This document shows positions 22,987 through 32,473 of a DNA stretch of 64,000 bases, piece after piece (positions within the stretch are counted from its first letter, which is position 1; every line of letters begins with the position of its first letter). Source of the DNA: Alphaproteobacteria bacterium (GTDB lineage: Bacteria > Pseudomonadota > Alphaproteobacteria > UBA828); the NCBI GenBank assembly GCA_965220825.1, contig OZ244839.1, forward strand, positions 3,077,280-3,141,279. The letters run 5' to 3'. The notes beneath the pieces were generated by a model. It did not search any database, had not been told where the DNA came from, and worked only from the letters and a program-made list of their open reading frames with translations. Made by a program: the position numbers and the translations under genes.

Positions 22987-24340
22987 CACTCCCGGCTTCC
23001 AGCCTGTCGATCAAATGGATGAACGAGCCGGAGACGGTGCCGCGCGTCATGCCGGCCCGGCCGAGCGGTACCTTCTCGGAATCCTCGGTCTCGAAGAGCG
23101 GCCCGTCATGGGCATCCGCCGCCCGGTCTGCGCCGATTTCCTGGCAATAGTGGAATTCGTGGCCCGCATAGCGGGTGCCGGCGGCGCCCAGCGGGCCGTC
23201 CCGAAGCAAGCGGGCGTAACGGTAGCCGAGGGAGAGGCGCCGTTTCTTGAAACTCGTTTCCAGCGGCAGGAGGCCCGCCATGGCGTGTCGCCGCCCGTTA
23301 CCGTCGACGAGGCCCCGGCCCAACACCATGTAGCCCCCACATTCGCCGAACACCGCAGCCCTGCGCAGGGCGGCCGCACGAAGGCCCTCGAGGAAGCGTC
23401 CGTTCGCGGCGATATGCCCGGCGTGAAGTTCGGGATAGCCGCCCGGAAGATAGACGGCGTCGGCCGCGCCGTCCGGTGCTTCGTCGGCGAGCGGTGAGAA
23501 GGGGCGAAGCTCGGCGCCCTGCGCACGCCAGTCCTCGACCACGGCGTCATAGACGAAGCCGAAGGCCGCATCCCGCGCAAAAGCGATCCGCTGCCCGAGC
23601 GGCGGGACGGGGGGATGCCACGCTCGATGCCCGGGCGGCTCCAGGGCGAAATGGCGGGCATGGGTGCGCACCGCCTCGACGACCGATTCGGGGATCGCGT
23701 TCGCTGCATCTGCGAGCGGTGGGCCGTCGCTCTCCGAGGCCTGTACCAGGCCCAGATGCCTCGACGGCAGGTGGAGCGCCGGCGTCTCTCGCACGGCGCC
23801 GAACACGGGGATCCGTCGCTCCCCCAGCGCGTTCCGCAGGATCCGCTCATGCCCTCGGCTCGAGACCCGGTTGAGAATGACGCCGGGCACGGAAAGACGC
23901 GGGTCAAAGCCCACGAAACCCTCGGCCAGCGCGGCGACCGATGCGCCAACGCCCCGGCAATCGATGACGAGAAAGACCGGGAGGCCGGTCCGGGCCGCGA
24001 AGTCGCCGGTGGAGCCGCGCCCGTCCCGGGCGCCGTCGAAGAGGCCCATTGCGCCTTCGCCCACAACCAGCGCCGCGCTCTCGGATAGCAGGGCCATGCG
24101 GTGCATGAGAGTTTCCGGTCGCATGCCCCATGGGTCGAGGTTGACGCAGTCCGCACCGGTCGCGGCCCGGTGGAAGCCGGGGTCGATATAGTCCGGCCCG
24201 ATCTTGAAGGCGCGGACCGGCGCATCCTTCTGCCCAAGCCTGGAGAGGATGCCGGCGCAGACCGCCGTTTTGCCGCTGCCCGAGCGCGGCGCGGCGATCA
24301 CCACGGCGCGGGCGTGGCCTCGCGGCTTCAGGCGCGACAA
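22964..24340 (-). CDS. cobB: cobyrinic acid a,c-diamide synthase (CobB/CbiA)
   Basis: 458 aa. N-terminal ATP-binding GSGKT, DxxG, C-terminal type-1 glutamine amidotransferase region (FGECGGYMVLG, HEFHY). Confidence 0.8.
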   Translation of the reverse strand: MSRLKPRGHARAVVIAAPRSGSGKTAVCAGILSRLGQKDAPVRAFKIGPDYIDPGFHRAATGADCVNLDPWGMRPETLMHRMALLSESAALVVGEGAMGLFDGARDGRGSTGDFAARTGLPVFLVIDCRGVGASVAALAEGFVGFDPRLSVPGVILNRVSSRGHERILRNALGERRIPVFGAVRETPALHLPSRHLGLVQASESDGPPLADAANAIPESVVEAVRTHARHFALEPPGHRAWHPPVPPLGQRIAFARDAAFGFVYDAVVEDWRAQGAELRPFSPLADEAPDGAADAVYLPGGYPELHAGHIAANGRFLEGLRAAALRRAAVFGECGGYMVLGRGLVDGNGRRHAMAGLLPLETSFKKRRLSLGYRYARLLRDGPLGAAGTRYAGHEFHYCQEIGADRAADAHDGPLFETEDSEKVPLGRAGMTRGTVSGSFIHLIDRLEAGSVSAARFP

Positions 24341-24347
24341 CGGGGTT

Positions 24348-25034
24348 TCAGCCGGGCAGATGCCGCCCGAGTTCGAGGGCGAGCCGGGTGGGGCCCTGCT
24401 CGGGCTCGAAATGCGCGACGAACTTGCCGTCGGGGTCCATCAAATAGACGAAGGAAGCGTGGTCCACCAGATACTCGGTGTCGTCCGGACTCTTCTTGTG
24501 GGAGCGGCGATAGACGCCGAACGAGGCGAGTGCACGGCCCACCGCTTCCTGCGAGCCGGTAAGCGCCACAAGGCCGGGGACGAGCTGCGGCGCATAGGCC
24601 GCGAGCCTGTCCACCGTGTCGCGCTCCGGGTCCACGGTGATGAAGAGCGGCGTGACGCGCTTGCCCTGTGCGGTGAGGTCCTCCACCGCCTGCGCCATTA
24701 CCAGCATGGAGGTGGGGCAGACATCCGGGCACGATGTGTAGCCGAAATAGATCAAGGTATGGCCGCCGTGGAAATCCGCATCCGTCCGGGGCATGCCGTT
24801 TTGGTCCACCAGTGCGAAGACGCCTTCGATCTCCTCGGGCGGAAGCGTCATGCGGGAGAGGTGACCCTGGTTGAGGTTGCCGAAGAGCGAGCCGTCATAC
24901 TGGGAATAGATCAGGATGGCGCCGATCACCACGATCCAGAGCAGCGGGTTGCGCCGCCGCCCATGCGTGCCTTCCTTGTCGGGGCCGCCGCCACCGAAAC
25001 GCCCGAAGTTCTGCCACATGCCCACCGCTCCCAT
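24348..25034 (-). CDS. SCO1/SenC family copper chaperone (thioredoxin fold)
   Basis: N-terminal TM helix, CPDVCP (CxxxC) copper-binding motif, conserved His near C-terminus. Start could also be the ATG at 25019. Confidence 0.8.
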   Translation of the reverse strand: MGAVGMWQNFGRFGGGGPDKEGTHGRRRNPLLWIVVIGAILIYSQYDGSLFGNLNQGHLSRMTLPPEEIEGVFALVDQNGMPRTDADFHGGHTLIYFGYTSCPDVCPTSMLVMAQAVEDLTAQGKRVTPLFITVDPERDTVDRLAAYAPQLVPGLVALTGSQEAVGRALASFGVYRRSHKKSPDDTEYLVDHASFVYLMDPDGKFVAHFEPEQGPTRLALELGRHLPG

Positions 25035-25268
25035 GGAGGCGCGCGGACCGCGACTATCGCCGCCCGGGATGGGGCACGCAACCCCGCGTCCTCGACATCC
25101 CGGGTCCTCGATACCCCACGTCCGCGCCGGTGACCTGTGGGCGTCGCGACGCGTTGGGGGGAGGGAGATGCGCTCACCGCCCCTGGTGCGGTGGCGTGCC
25201 TTGAGGCATAGAAGGTGGAGCAGGCTGGCTACCTCGCCCGCCCCGCCCGTCCGCAAGCCGGGAGCACC

Positions 25269-26417
25269 ATGAAATACGACGTCATCTCGGCCGATTGCCA
25301 TATCGACCTGGTTTGGCTGCCGCCGGACCTCTTCACCGCCAACGCGCCGGCCGCCTTCAGGGACCGCATGCCCTATGTCGCGGACGGCGAGAACGGACCG
25401 GTCTGGGTGAGCCGGAACGGCGCCCGCTTCGGTCTGCAGAACGGCATGGGCTCCGCCGGGCGCGAATATGTGCCGGGGCAGATTCGCCGATCGGACCGAA
25501 TGGCGGAAACCGGGCTCTTCCGGGACGGCAAGAAGGGCATTCGCCGCCTCACGGACCCGGACCTGCGCATCAAGGACCAGGACCTCGACGGCATTCAGGG
25601 CGAAGTGCTTTACGGCATTCTCGGTGCGGCTCAGCGCCTCGGGGATCCGCCGGCCGCGACCGTAATGATGGGCATCTACAACCGCTGGCTCGCCGCGTTC
25701 TGCGCGGCGCATCCGGCACGCTTCGCAGGCATCGCGGCGGTGCCCAGCCACGACGTCCCGGCGGCCGTGCGCGAGATCGAGCGTGTCGGGGCGGAGGGGG
25801 TTCTGCGCGGTGTCGAAGTGCCGCTGACCCGCGATATGACGCCGCTCTATGCGCCCGAATGGGAGCCGCTCTGGGCGGCGGCGGCGGATACCGGCCTGCC
25901 GATGCACTTCCACACCATCGGCGGCGCGCGGCCGGATTCGGAAGGCCTGCCGCCGCTCCGCCGCCGCCAGGACTGGGCGGTGTACATCACCGGTTTCCAG
26001 CTGGGCATGTCGCGCTTTCTCATGGAGGTCGTGTTCGGCGGCATCCTGGAGCGCTACCCGGCGCTCACGGTGGTGATCGGCGAGAGCGGCATTGGCTGGA
26101 TTCCCTATCTCCTCGAACATATGGACCTGGAGTGGGAGGAGCAGTTCCGGGATCTGACCCTCACCATGAAGCCCTCGCTCTACTGGCACCGGCAATGCCG
26201 GGCCACCTACCAGTCGGATCCGGTGGGGATCGCGCTCATCGACCGGCTCGGGGAGGATAACGTCATGTGGGGGTCGGACTTCCCGCACCCTGACGGCGTG
26301 TGGCCGGACAGCCGCGATTTCATCGACCGGGAGCTCGGCCATCTTCCGGCCCGTCAGCGGCGCAAGGTGGTGTGCGAGAACGCGGCCCGGCTCTACGGTT
26401 TCCCTCTCGACGCCTGA
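25269..26417 (+). CDS. amidohydrolase-2 family metal-dependent hydrolase/decarboxylase (ACMSD/LigW-like)
   Basis: MKYDVISADCHIDL (HxH-type metal site), internal HFHT, C-terminal WGSDFPHPD typical of PF04909. Confidence 0.75.
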   Translation: MKYDVISADCHIDLVWLPPDLFTANAPAAFRDRMPYVADGENGPVWVSRNGARFGLQNGMGSAGREYVPGQIRRSDRMAETGLFRDGKKGIRRLTDPDLRIKDQDLDGIQGEVLYGILGAAQRLGDPPAATVMMGIYNRWLAAFCAAHPARFAGIAAVPSHDVPAAVREIERVGAEGVLRGVEVPLTRDMTPLYAPEWEPLWAAAADTGLPMHFHTIGGARPDSEGLPPLRRRQDWAVYITGFQLGMSRFLMEVVFGGILERYPALTVVIGESGIGWIPYLLEHMDLEWEEQFRDLTLTMKPSLYWHRQCRATYQSDPVGIALIDRLGEDNVMWGSDFPHPDGVWPDSRDFIDRELGHLPARQRRKVVCENAARLYGFPLDA

Positions 26418-26474
26418 TCCGCCCATGTCTCCTGCGCGCTTCGTGCAGGCGCCGGCACGCCCTATCATGAGGCG

Positions 26475-27764
26475 GTGGAAACGTTCTGCCGCGATTGCGG
26501 CCGCCGGCCGCCTTCCGGGGCGCAGGCCTGCCCGGCTTGCGGGTCCGCGCATATTCTGCGCCATGCGGAGCTGCACCGCCTTGCGGTCGCACATCTGGAC
26601 TGCGATGCCTTCTACGCCGCCATCGAGAAGCGGGACCGGCCGGAACTCCGCGACGTTCCGGTGATCGTCGGCGGACGCCACCGAGGCGTGGTGGCGGCCT
26701 GCTGCTACCAAGCTCGGACCTATGGCGTGCGCTCCGCCATGCCGATGTTCAAGGCGCTCCGTGCGTGCCCGGATGCCGTGGTCGTGCCGCCCGATATGAA
26801 GAAGTACATGGCCGTCGGCCGAGAGGTCCGGGCATTGATGCAAGACCTGACGCCGGTCGTGGAGCCGCTCTCCATCGACGAAGCCTTCATGGACCTTGCC
26901 GGAACGGAAGCGTTGCACCGGGCCAGCCCGGCGGAGAGTCTGGCGTCGCTCGCGCGGCGGATCGAGGCGGCCCTTGCCATCACCGTTTCCATCGGCCTCA
27001 GCTACAACAAGTTCCTGGCCAAGATCGCCTCCGATCTCGACAAGCCGCGCGGTTTCGCGGTCATCGGACGGGGCGAGGCCCGGGCCTTCCTCGCCGGAAA
27101 GCCGGTGGGCCTGCTGTGGGGTGTGGGTGAGGCCATGCGGCGGCGGCTCGCAGCGGACGGTATCCGGCGCATAGGGGACCTCGCGCGTCTCGACGAAGCC
27201 GCGCTCGTCGGACGCTATGGCAAGATCGGTCGGCGGCTCTATTTGTTCGCTCGAGGCGAGGACGACCGCAAGGTGGACCCCGCGCGCGAGGCCAAGAGCG
27301 TTTCTGCGGAGGTCACGCTGGATGCGGACCTCTCCGACCCGGCGGGTCTCCGGCCCGTTCTGTGGCAGCTCGCGGAAACGGTGGCGCGGCGCTTGAGGAC
27401 TGCCGGTCTTGCCGGTACGCGGATGACGCTCAAGCTCAAGACGGCCGACTTTCGCTTGATCACCCGTTCCCGCCGGCTCGGCCGCGCGACCCGCTCGGCC
27501 GATGAGATGTTCCGCGTTGCCGAGGTCCTTCTGTCGGCAGAGGCGGACGGCCGCGCCTTCCGCCTGATCGGGATCGGCGCCAGCGATCTGGTGGAGGTGG
27601 AGCGGAGCTCGCAAGGCGAACTCTTCGGCACCGCGGATTCCGGTGGAAGCGACCTGGACAAGGCGCTGGACGCCGTACGCGACCGGTTCGGCACGGACGC
27701 CATCGTCAAGGGCCGGGCCTTCGGCGTCAACCTGAAGCGGAAGGGGCCGTCGAAGGTGGAGTAG
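26475..27764 (+). CDS. dinB: DNA polymerase IV (Y-family) with N-terminal CxxC...CxxC zinc-ribbon extension
   Basis: LDCDAFYAAIEKRDRPELRDVPVIVGG core, SIDEAFMDL catalytic block, little-finger domain. N-terminal extension CRDCGRRPPSGAQACPACGS. Confidence 0.9.
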   Translation: METFCRDCGRRPPSGAQACPACGSAHILRHAELHRLAVAHLDCDAFYAAIEKRDRPELRDVPVIVGGRHRGVVAACCYQARTYGVRSAMPMFKALRACPDAVVVPPDMKKYMAVGREVRALMQDLTPVVEPLSIDEAFMDLAGTEALHRASPAESLASLARRIEAALAITVSIGLSYNKFLAKIASDLDKPRGFAVIGRGEARAFLAGKPVGLLWGVGEAMRRRLAADGIRRIGDLARLDEAALVGRYGKIGRRLYLFARGEDDRKVDPAREAKSVSAEVTLDADLSDPAGLRPVLWQLAETVARRLRTAGLAGTRMTLKLKTADFRLITRSRRLGRATRSADEMFRVAEVLLSAEADGRAFRLIGIGASDLVEVERSSQGELFGTADSGGSDLDKALDAVRDRFGTDAIVKGRAFGVNLKRKGPSKVE

Positions 27765-28329
27765 GCGGAGCCGTCCCGACGGCATGCGCGTCCGTTGCGC
27801 CGCCAAGCCATTCGTCGGCGTGCGGCAACGTGTAGAAGAATGGAAGAGAGAGGGAATTCCCGGTGAATGTGCAGCCTGCCGACTACATTCCCGGTTCCTG
27901 GCTCGATTCCTATCGAAAGTTCATCAAGCCGATTCTATCGGGCCGTTCAATGAGGGCAGCTTCCAAAGACGTCAGTTTCTGCCGAATTGCAACCCAACGT
28001 TGGCTTGCCGCGTCCTGGAAGCAGGCGGCGTTTTCGCACATGGCGCAGGTTTGAGACAAAGACCATCTTGTTTCACGCATGGAGAGTGAAGTGAAGATCA
28101 TGCGCTATGCGGGACCGCCAAGCGCATCTCGGAGGGATTGGTCGACGCCGATTTCGGCAGCGGGGTAGCCGAGCGGTGCACCGCCTTTAACGGCAATGGC
28201 CGCTCCAGCGTATTTCACGTGATCATGCGGATTCGGCGGGGCGGAATGCCGGGATTCTCGCCGTATCGATCTTTCGAGAACGAGTCGCTTCCGGGGAAGT
28301 CGGGCGCCCGCTTTGCGGGCGCCGTACGC

Positions 28330-28614
28330 CTAACGGCTTGCGGCCTCGACGACGAGGCGACCGCGACCGCGCTTGACCAGATAGCCGCCGCGCGGGATGC
28401 GAAGCGTACCGTGCTTGACGAGCGGCCAGAGAGCGTTGGCGATGGCCTCCGCATTCCGGTCCGCCTTGTTCGGTCCCGGTTGCGAGTTGAGCCACTCGGC
28501 AAAGGCGCGCTCGCCGATGGAGCCGCCGACGGACTTGCGCAGGGCATTCAACTTACGGAGCTGCCCTTTTGTGAGCGCGCTCTCGTCGATGGCGTTTGAC
28601 GATAGAGTTCTCAT
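28330..28614 (-). CDS. hypothetical protein (94 aa) in lower-GC islet
   Basis: ORF MRTLSSNAIDESALTKGQLRKLNALRKSVGGSIGERAFAEWL... No family recognised. Followed by a GC hairpin at about 28290-28318. Confidence 0.35.
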   Translation of the reverse strand: MRTLSSNAIDESALTKGQLRKLNALRKSVGGSIGERAFAEWLNSQPGPNKADRNAEAIANALWPLVKHGTLRIPRGGYLVKRGRGRLVVEAASR

Positions 28615-28969
28615 GATCTTCCTGTGTTCGGTTGGACAAGGTGATGCATTCCGCTCAACGGACGTTGCTCAGAACGTGGCCATATCTTGCATGAGGCCGG
28701 AGAGAAACGAAAGAACTTTTTTGCCGAGATGCTCCCCATCCTGCGCGCATGTCGAAATTTTCGAATACGTCTATCCGATGGGTATTGCCGGTGCGGTGGC
28801 CGAATCGTCGCACACGATCGTCGCACCACTGCACGAGGCCCTGCGTTCGTTCGGGTGAGCGACGAGTGGCGCTCCGAATAGCCGGTGGCGAATCAGGGAA
28901 GCAGGAGGAAATCGTAATTTCCGGCAGGATCCAGGTCGTAAAGAACCCCTGGTGGTCTATGATATTTCC

Positions 28970-30151
28970 ATGCGGACCAGCTACGACGTAGTGATTGTAG
29001 GTGGAGGCGTAACCGGGTGTTCCACGGCGGTATTCCTCGCCCGGGAGCCGGGGTTCGACGGAACGATCCTGGTCGTCGAGCGGGATTCCACCTATGAAGA
29101 TGCACCGTCGGCGAAGGCGACGGGCGGATTCCGGCAGCAGTTCTCCACACCGGAGAACATTCGTATGGGCCTGTTCGGAGCCCGCTTTCTTAAGCGGATC
29201 GGGGACTATCTGGCCGTCGACGGCGAGGTTCCGGACGTGGGTTTCCGCGAGAACGGTTACCTGTTGCTCGCGACCCGGGCGATGCTGCCCGTCATGCTGG
29301 AGAACAATGCCTTGCAGCGCGCGCTGGGTGCCGACGTGCACTTCCGTGAATCCGCCATGTTGCAAGCGCGCTATCCGTGGCTCCGGGCGGACGGCTTGGC
29401 CGGCGGGTTTTTGAGCGACAGCAACGAAGGCTATCTCGATCCTTATTCGCTGTTGCAGGCCTATCGGCGCAAGGCGCGGGCGGCAGGCGTCGCGTTCCTC
29501 GAAGACGAGGTGGCAGCACTCAGGCGGGCAAGCGGGCGGATAACGAAGCTGCGCCTTGCCGGCGGCCACGAGATTTCCTGCGGTGCGGTCATTAACGCCG
29601 CGGGTGTCGCCGGTGCGCGGGCGCTCTGCGATTCGGCAGGGCTTCCGCTCCCGGTGGAGTCTCGCAAGCGCTGCACGTTCGCGTTCGAATGCCGCGAGGC
29701 TCTCGCGCCCACGCCGCTCACGATTACCGAGACGGGAGTCGGCTTCCGTTCGGAAGGCGCGGGCTTCATCGTCAACTTTGCGCCGCCGCCCGAGCGGGAT
29801 CCGGATACGCGGGACGACACGGTCGATTACGGTTTGTTCGAGGAGTTCGTCTGGCCGGGGCTTGCGGCGCGCGTATGGCCCTTCGAGGCGATCCGGCTCA
29901 CCGGCGGCTGGTGCTGTCACTACGACTACAACACGTTGGACGAGAACCTGATCGTCGGGCGTCTGCCCGGATATGAGAATTTCTACATGGCGGCGGGTTT
30001 TTCCGGCCACGGGCTGCAGCAGTCGCCGGCGGTGGGGCGCGCGCTGAGCGAGCTCGTCACCTTCGGCGAATATCGTACGATCGACCTCTCGCGCCTCGGC
30101 TATGAGCGCGTGACGACCGGTGCCGCCGTTCGCGAGACGAACTGCTATTGA
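28970..30151 (+). CDS. FAD-dependent oxidoreductase (DAO family; sarcosine/glycine/D-amino-acid oxidase-like)
   Basis: [20 protein letters not shown] Rossmann FAD motif at N-terminus. About 394 aa. In-frame ATG also at 28952. Confidence 0.75.
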   Translation: MRTSYDVVIVGGGVTGCSTAVFLAREPGFDGTILVVERDSTYEDAPSAKATGGFRQQFSTPENIRMGLFGARFLKRIGDYLAVDGEVPDVGFRENGYLLLATRAMLPVMLENNALQRALGADVHFRESAMLQARYPWLRADGLAGGFLSDSNEGYLDPYSLLQAYRRKARAAGVAFLEDEVAALRRASGRITKLRLAGGHEISCGAVINAAGVAGARALCDSAGLPLPVESRKRCTFAFECREALAPTPLTITETGVGFRSEGAGFIVNFAPPPERDPDTRDDTVDYGLFEEFVWPGLAARVWPFEAIRLTGGWCCHYDYNTLDENLIVGRLPGYENFYMAAGFSGHGLQQSPAVGRALSELVTFGEYRTIDLSRLGYERVTTGAAVRETNCY

Positions 30152-31112
30152 GGCGAGGGGCCGTGCCGCCGGCCTTCGGCGGCGGATGCCAATGAACGCC
30201 CGCGACGTCGGCATCGACGGTCGTGCCCGCTTCACCCGCCACCAGTGCCGCCAGATCCTCGAGCGCGCTGATCGCCGCCCGCTGGCCTGTGCGCTCGGCG
30301 AAGCGACAGGCCGCCTCCACCTTCGGCCCCATCGAACCTTCGGGAAAGTCCCATTCCCGCATCGCTTCGGGCGAGGCGCTCCGGATCGCCCTGGCCGAAT
30401 CCGAGCCCCAGCCGGCGTAGACCGCGTCCACGTCGGTCGCAAGAACGAGAAGGTCGGCCGCGAGTTCCCGCGCCAGCAATTCGCTCGCGAGGTCCTTGTC
30501 GATCACCGCTTCGATTCCTCGAAGTGCCCCGTCCCCGCCGCGAATCGTGGGGACGCCGCCGCCGCCGGCGCAGATGACGACGGTGCCGTGCTCCAGCAGC
30601 CATTGAACGGGGCGGAGCTCCAGGATGCGTATCGGGCGCGGCGACGGCACCACGCGCCGCCACGCGCCACCGTCCTTTCGCAGCGCCCAGCGTTTCTCCG
30701 CGGCGAGCCGCGCGGCGTTCGCATCGTCGTAGGCCGGGCCGATGAACTTGGTGGGCGCGCCCAGCGCCGGATCGGCGGCATCGACTTCCACCATGGTGAG
30801 GATGGTAGCGATGGCCGTGTCCGGGGGCAGGAGGCTCGCGAGCTCCCGCTCGACCGTGTAGCCGATCATGCCCACGCTCTCGGCGCCCAATATGTCGAGC
30901 GGAAACGCCTCGTCGGGCTTGGCAGCGTCCTCCCGCAGCGCGAGGAGCCCGACCTGGGGACCGTTGCCGTGGGTCACGACGAGCCCGTGCGCCCGTGCAA
31001 GCGGCGCGAGCGCCTCCGCGGCGAGCCGCGCATTCCGGCGCTGTGCGGCCTCCGTCGCCGGCTCGCCGCGGCGCAGAAGGGCGTTGCCGCCGAGAGCGGC
31101 GACAATGCGCAT
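30057..31112 (-). CDS. arcC: carbamate kinase with about 45-aa low-complexity C-terminal extension
   Basis: [18 protein letters not shown].. (amino-acid kinase fold), internal [11 protein letters not shown], typical end motif AGEAGTTV followed by an R/S-rich tail that overlaps the convergent oxidoreductase gene. Confidence 0.8.
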   Translation of the reverse strand: MRIVAALGGNALLRRGEPATEAAQRRNARLAAEALAPLARAHGLVVTHGNGPQVGLLALREDAAKPDEAFPLDILGAESVGMIGYTVERELASLLPPDTAIATILTMVEVDAADPALGAPTKFIGPAYDDANAARLAAEKRWALRKDGGAWRRVVPSPRPIRILELRPVQWLLEHGTVVICAGGGGVPTIRGGDGALRGIEAVIDKDLASELLARELAADLLVLATDVDAVYAGWGSDSARAIRSASPEAMREWDFPEGSMGPKVEAACRFAERTGQRAAISALEDLAALVAGEAGTTVDADVAGVHWHPPPKAGGTAPRLNSSSSRERRHRSSRAHSRGARGRSYDIRRR

Positions 31113-31212
31113 GATCAACCCTCCTCGGCCGCCGCAACGGCCCCGGTGGGGCGCGTCCGTCGCTCCGCCGGTCGATATGGTGGGGCTCCGCCCGCCGGTG
31201 CGCTCTTTCCCC

Positions 31213-32442
31213 TCAATCGACCGGATCCCTTTGGAGCGGGCAGGTCATGCAATGGCCGCCGCCCCGCCCCCGGCCCAGCTCGGCGCCGTGGATCGTGATC
31301 ACCTCGACCCCGGCTTTGCGCAACAGCGTGTTGGTGTGGGTGTTTCTGGCATAGGCCACCACGACGCCCGGCTCCAGCGCGAGCAGGTTGTTGCCGTCGT
31401 CCCACTGCTCCCGTTCCCGCTCGTAGCGGTCTCCACCGGTGAAGACCACACGCAGCCTGTCCAGTCCGAGGCAGTCCGCGACCACATCGAAGAGATGGAC
31501 CTTCGTCTGGCGGCAATCGATTTCGTTGTCCGTCGCGCCGGGCCGGAGCTCGTAGCAGACGATTTCGTCGCAGGTCGCCCTGTAGGCCGTCGCAAGGTCC
31601 CGATCGCAAAGCGAGAAGACGGTATCGAGATGCATGGCCGCGTGCGTGATGGGCATCCGGCAGGAGATGACCCTTTCCGCCGCCTCCCGGCGGAAGAGCG
31701 AAAGCGCGATCTGGCCCACCGCCTGGGGTGAGGTGCGCTCCCCCATTCCGACCAATACCGCCCCCCGGCCGATGGGCATCACGTCGCCGCCCTCCACTGT
31801 CGCCGCGCCGTGGTCACGATCCGCATCGCCCCACCAGACGGTGAAATCGGAGTCCTTGAAGTCGGGATGAAACCTGTAGATCGAAGCGACAAGCAGCGTT
31901 TCCTGACGCCGGGCGGGCCAGCGCATGGGGTTGAGCGTCACGCCGCGGTAGATCCAGCAGCTGCTGTCCCGCGTGAAGAGCGTGTTGGGCAATGGCGGCA
32001 GAACGAACCCCTCCGGCCCAAGGCAGCATCCGGTCAGGCCCGTGGGACCGAACGGGAGCTCCTCCGGGGCGATCCCGCCGATCAGGCAGCGGGCCAGTTC
32101 CTCCGCCGGCATGGCGTCGAGCCAGGCGCGGATGTCCGCCAGCATGCCGACGCCCACCTGGTCCGCCGTGATCTTCCGGTCCAGAACCCAGTCTCGCGCG
32201 TCCCGCGCCGCGAGCGTCGTACCGAGCAGCTCGTGCAGGTCGAGAACCGCCACGCCGTGCGCCTTCATCTTGTTGCAGAAGTCGTAATGGTCCGTCCTGG
32301 CCTGTTGCACCCAGAGCACATCGTCGAACAGCAGCGCCTCGCGGTTGCCGGGGGTGAGGCGCTCATGCGCCTTGCCCGGTCGGCAGACCAGCACCTTGCG
32401 GAGCCTGCCGACCTCGGAATGGACGCCGTAGATCTCGGCCAT
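31213..32442 (-). CDS. arcA: arginine deiminase
   Basis: 409 aa. [15 protein letters not shown] start, catalytic Cys block [13 protein letters not shown] near C-terminus. Confidence 0.9.
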   Translation of the reverse strand: MAEIYGVHSEVGRLRKVLVCRPGKAHERLTPGNREALLFDDVLWVQQARTDHYDFCNKMKAHGVAVLDLHELLGTTLAARDARDWVLDRKITADQVGVGMLADIRAWLDAMPAEELARCLIGGIAPEELPFGPTGLTGCCLGPEGFVLPPLPNTLFTRDSSCWIYRGVTLNPMRWPARRQETLLVASIYRFHPDFKDSDFTVWWGDADRDHGAATVEGGDVMPIGRGAVLVGMGERTSPQAVGQIALSLFRREAAERVISCRMPITHAAMHLDTVFSLCDRDLATAYRATCDEIVCYELRPGATDNEIDCRQTKVHLFDVVADCLGLDRLRVVFTGGDRYEREREQWDDGNNLLALEPGVVVAYARNTHTNTLLRKAGVEVITIHGAELGRGRGGGHCMTCPLQRDPVD

Positions 32443-32473
32443 GGCGGATTCTCGCTGCGGATCCGCGGCCGCG

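Noticed and set aside
26438-26454. Palindrome CTGCGCGCTTCGTGCAG about 20 nt upstream of dinB as a LexA/SOS box
   Set aside because: Spacing is CTG-N11-CAG, not the E. coli CTG-N10-CAG. It is not the alphaproteobacterial GTTC-N7-GTTC direct repeat. Likely coincidental.
27863-28101. Two mutually antisense 63-codon ORFs (27863..28054 + and 27910..28101 -) as annotated CDSs
   Set aside because: They overlap almost completely on opposite strands and neither has recognisable motifs, so I cannot choose between them (or a non-coding RNA) from sequence alone. Reported only as part of the low-GC islet finding.
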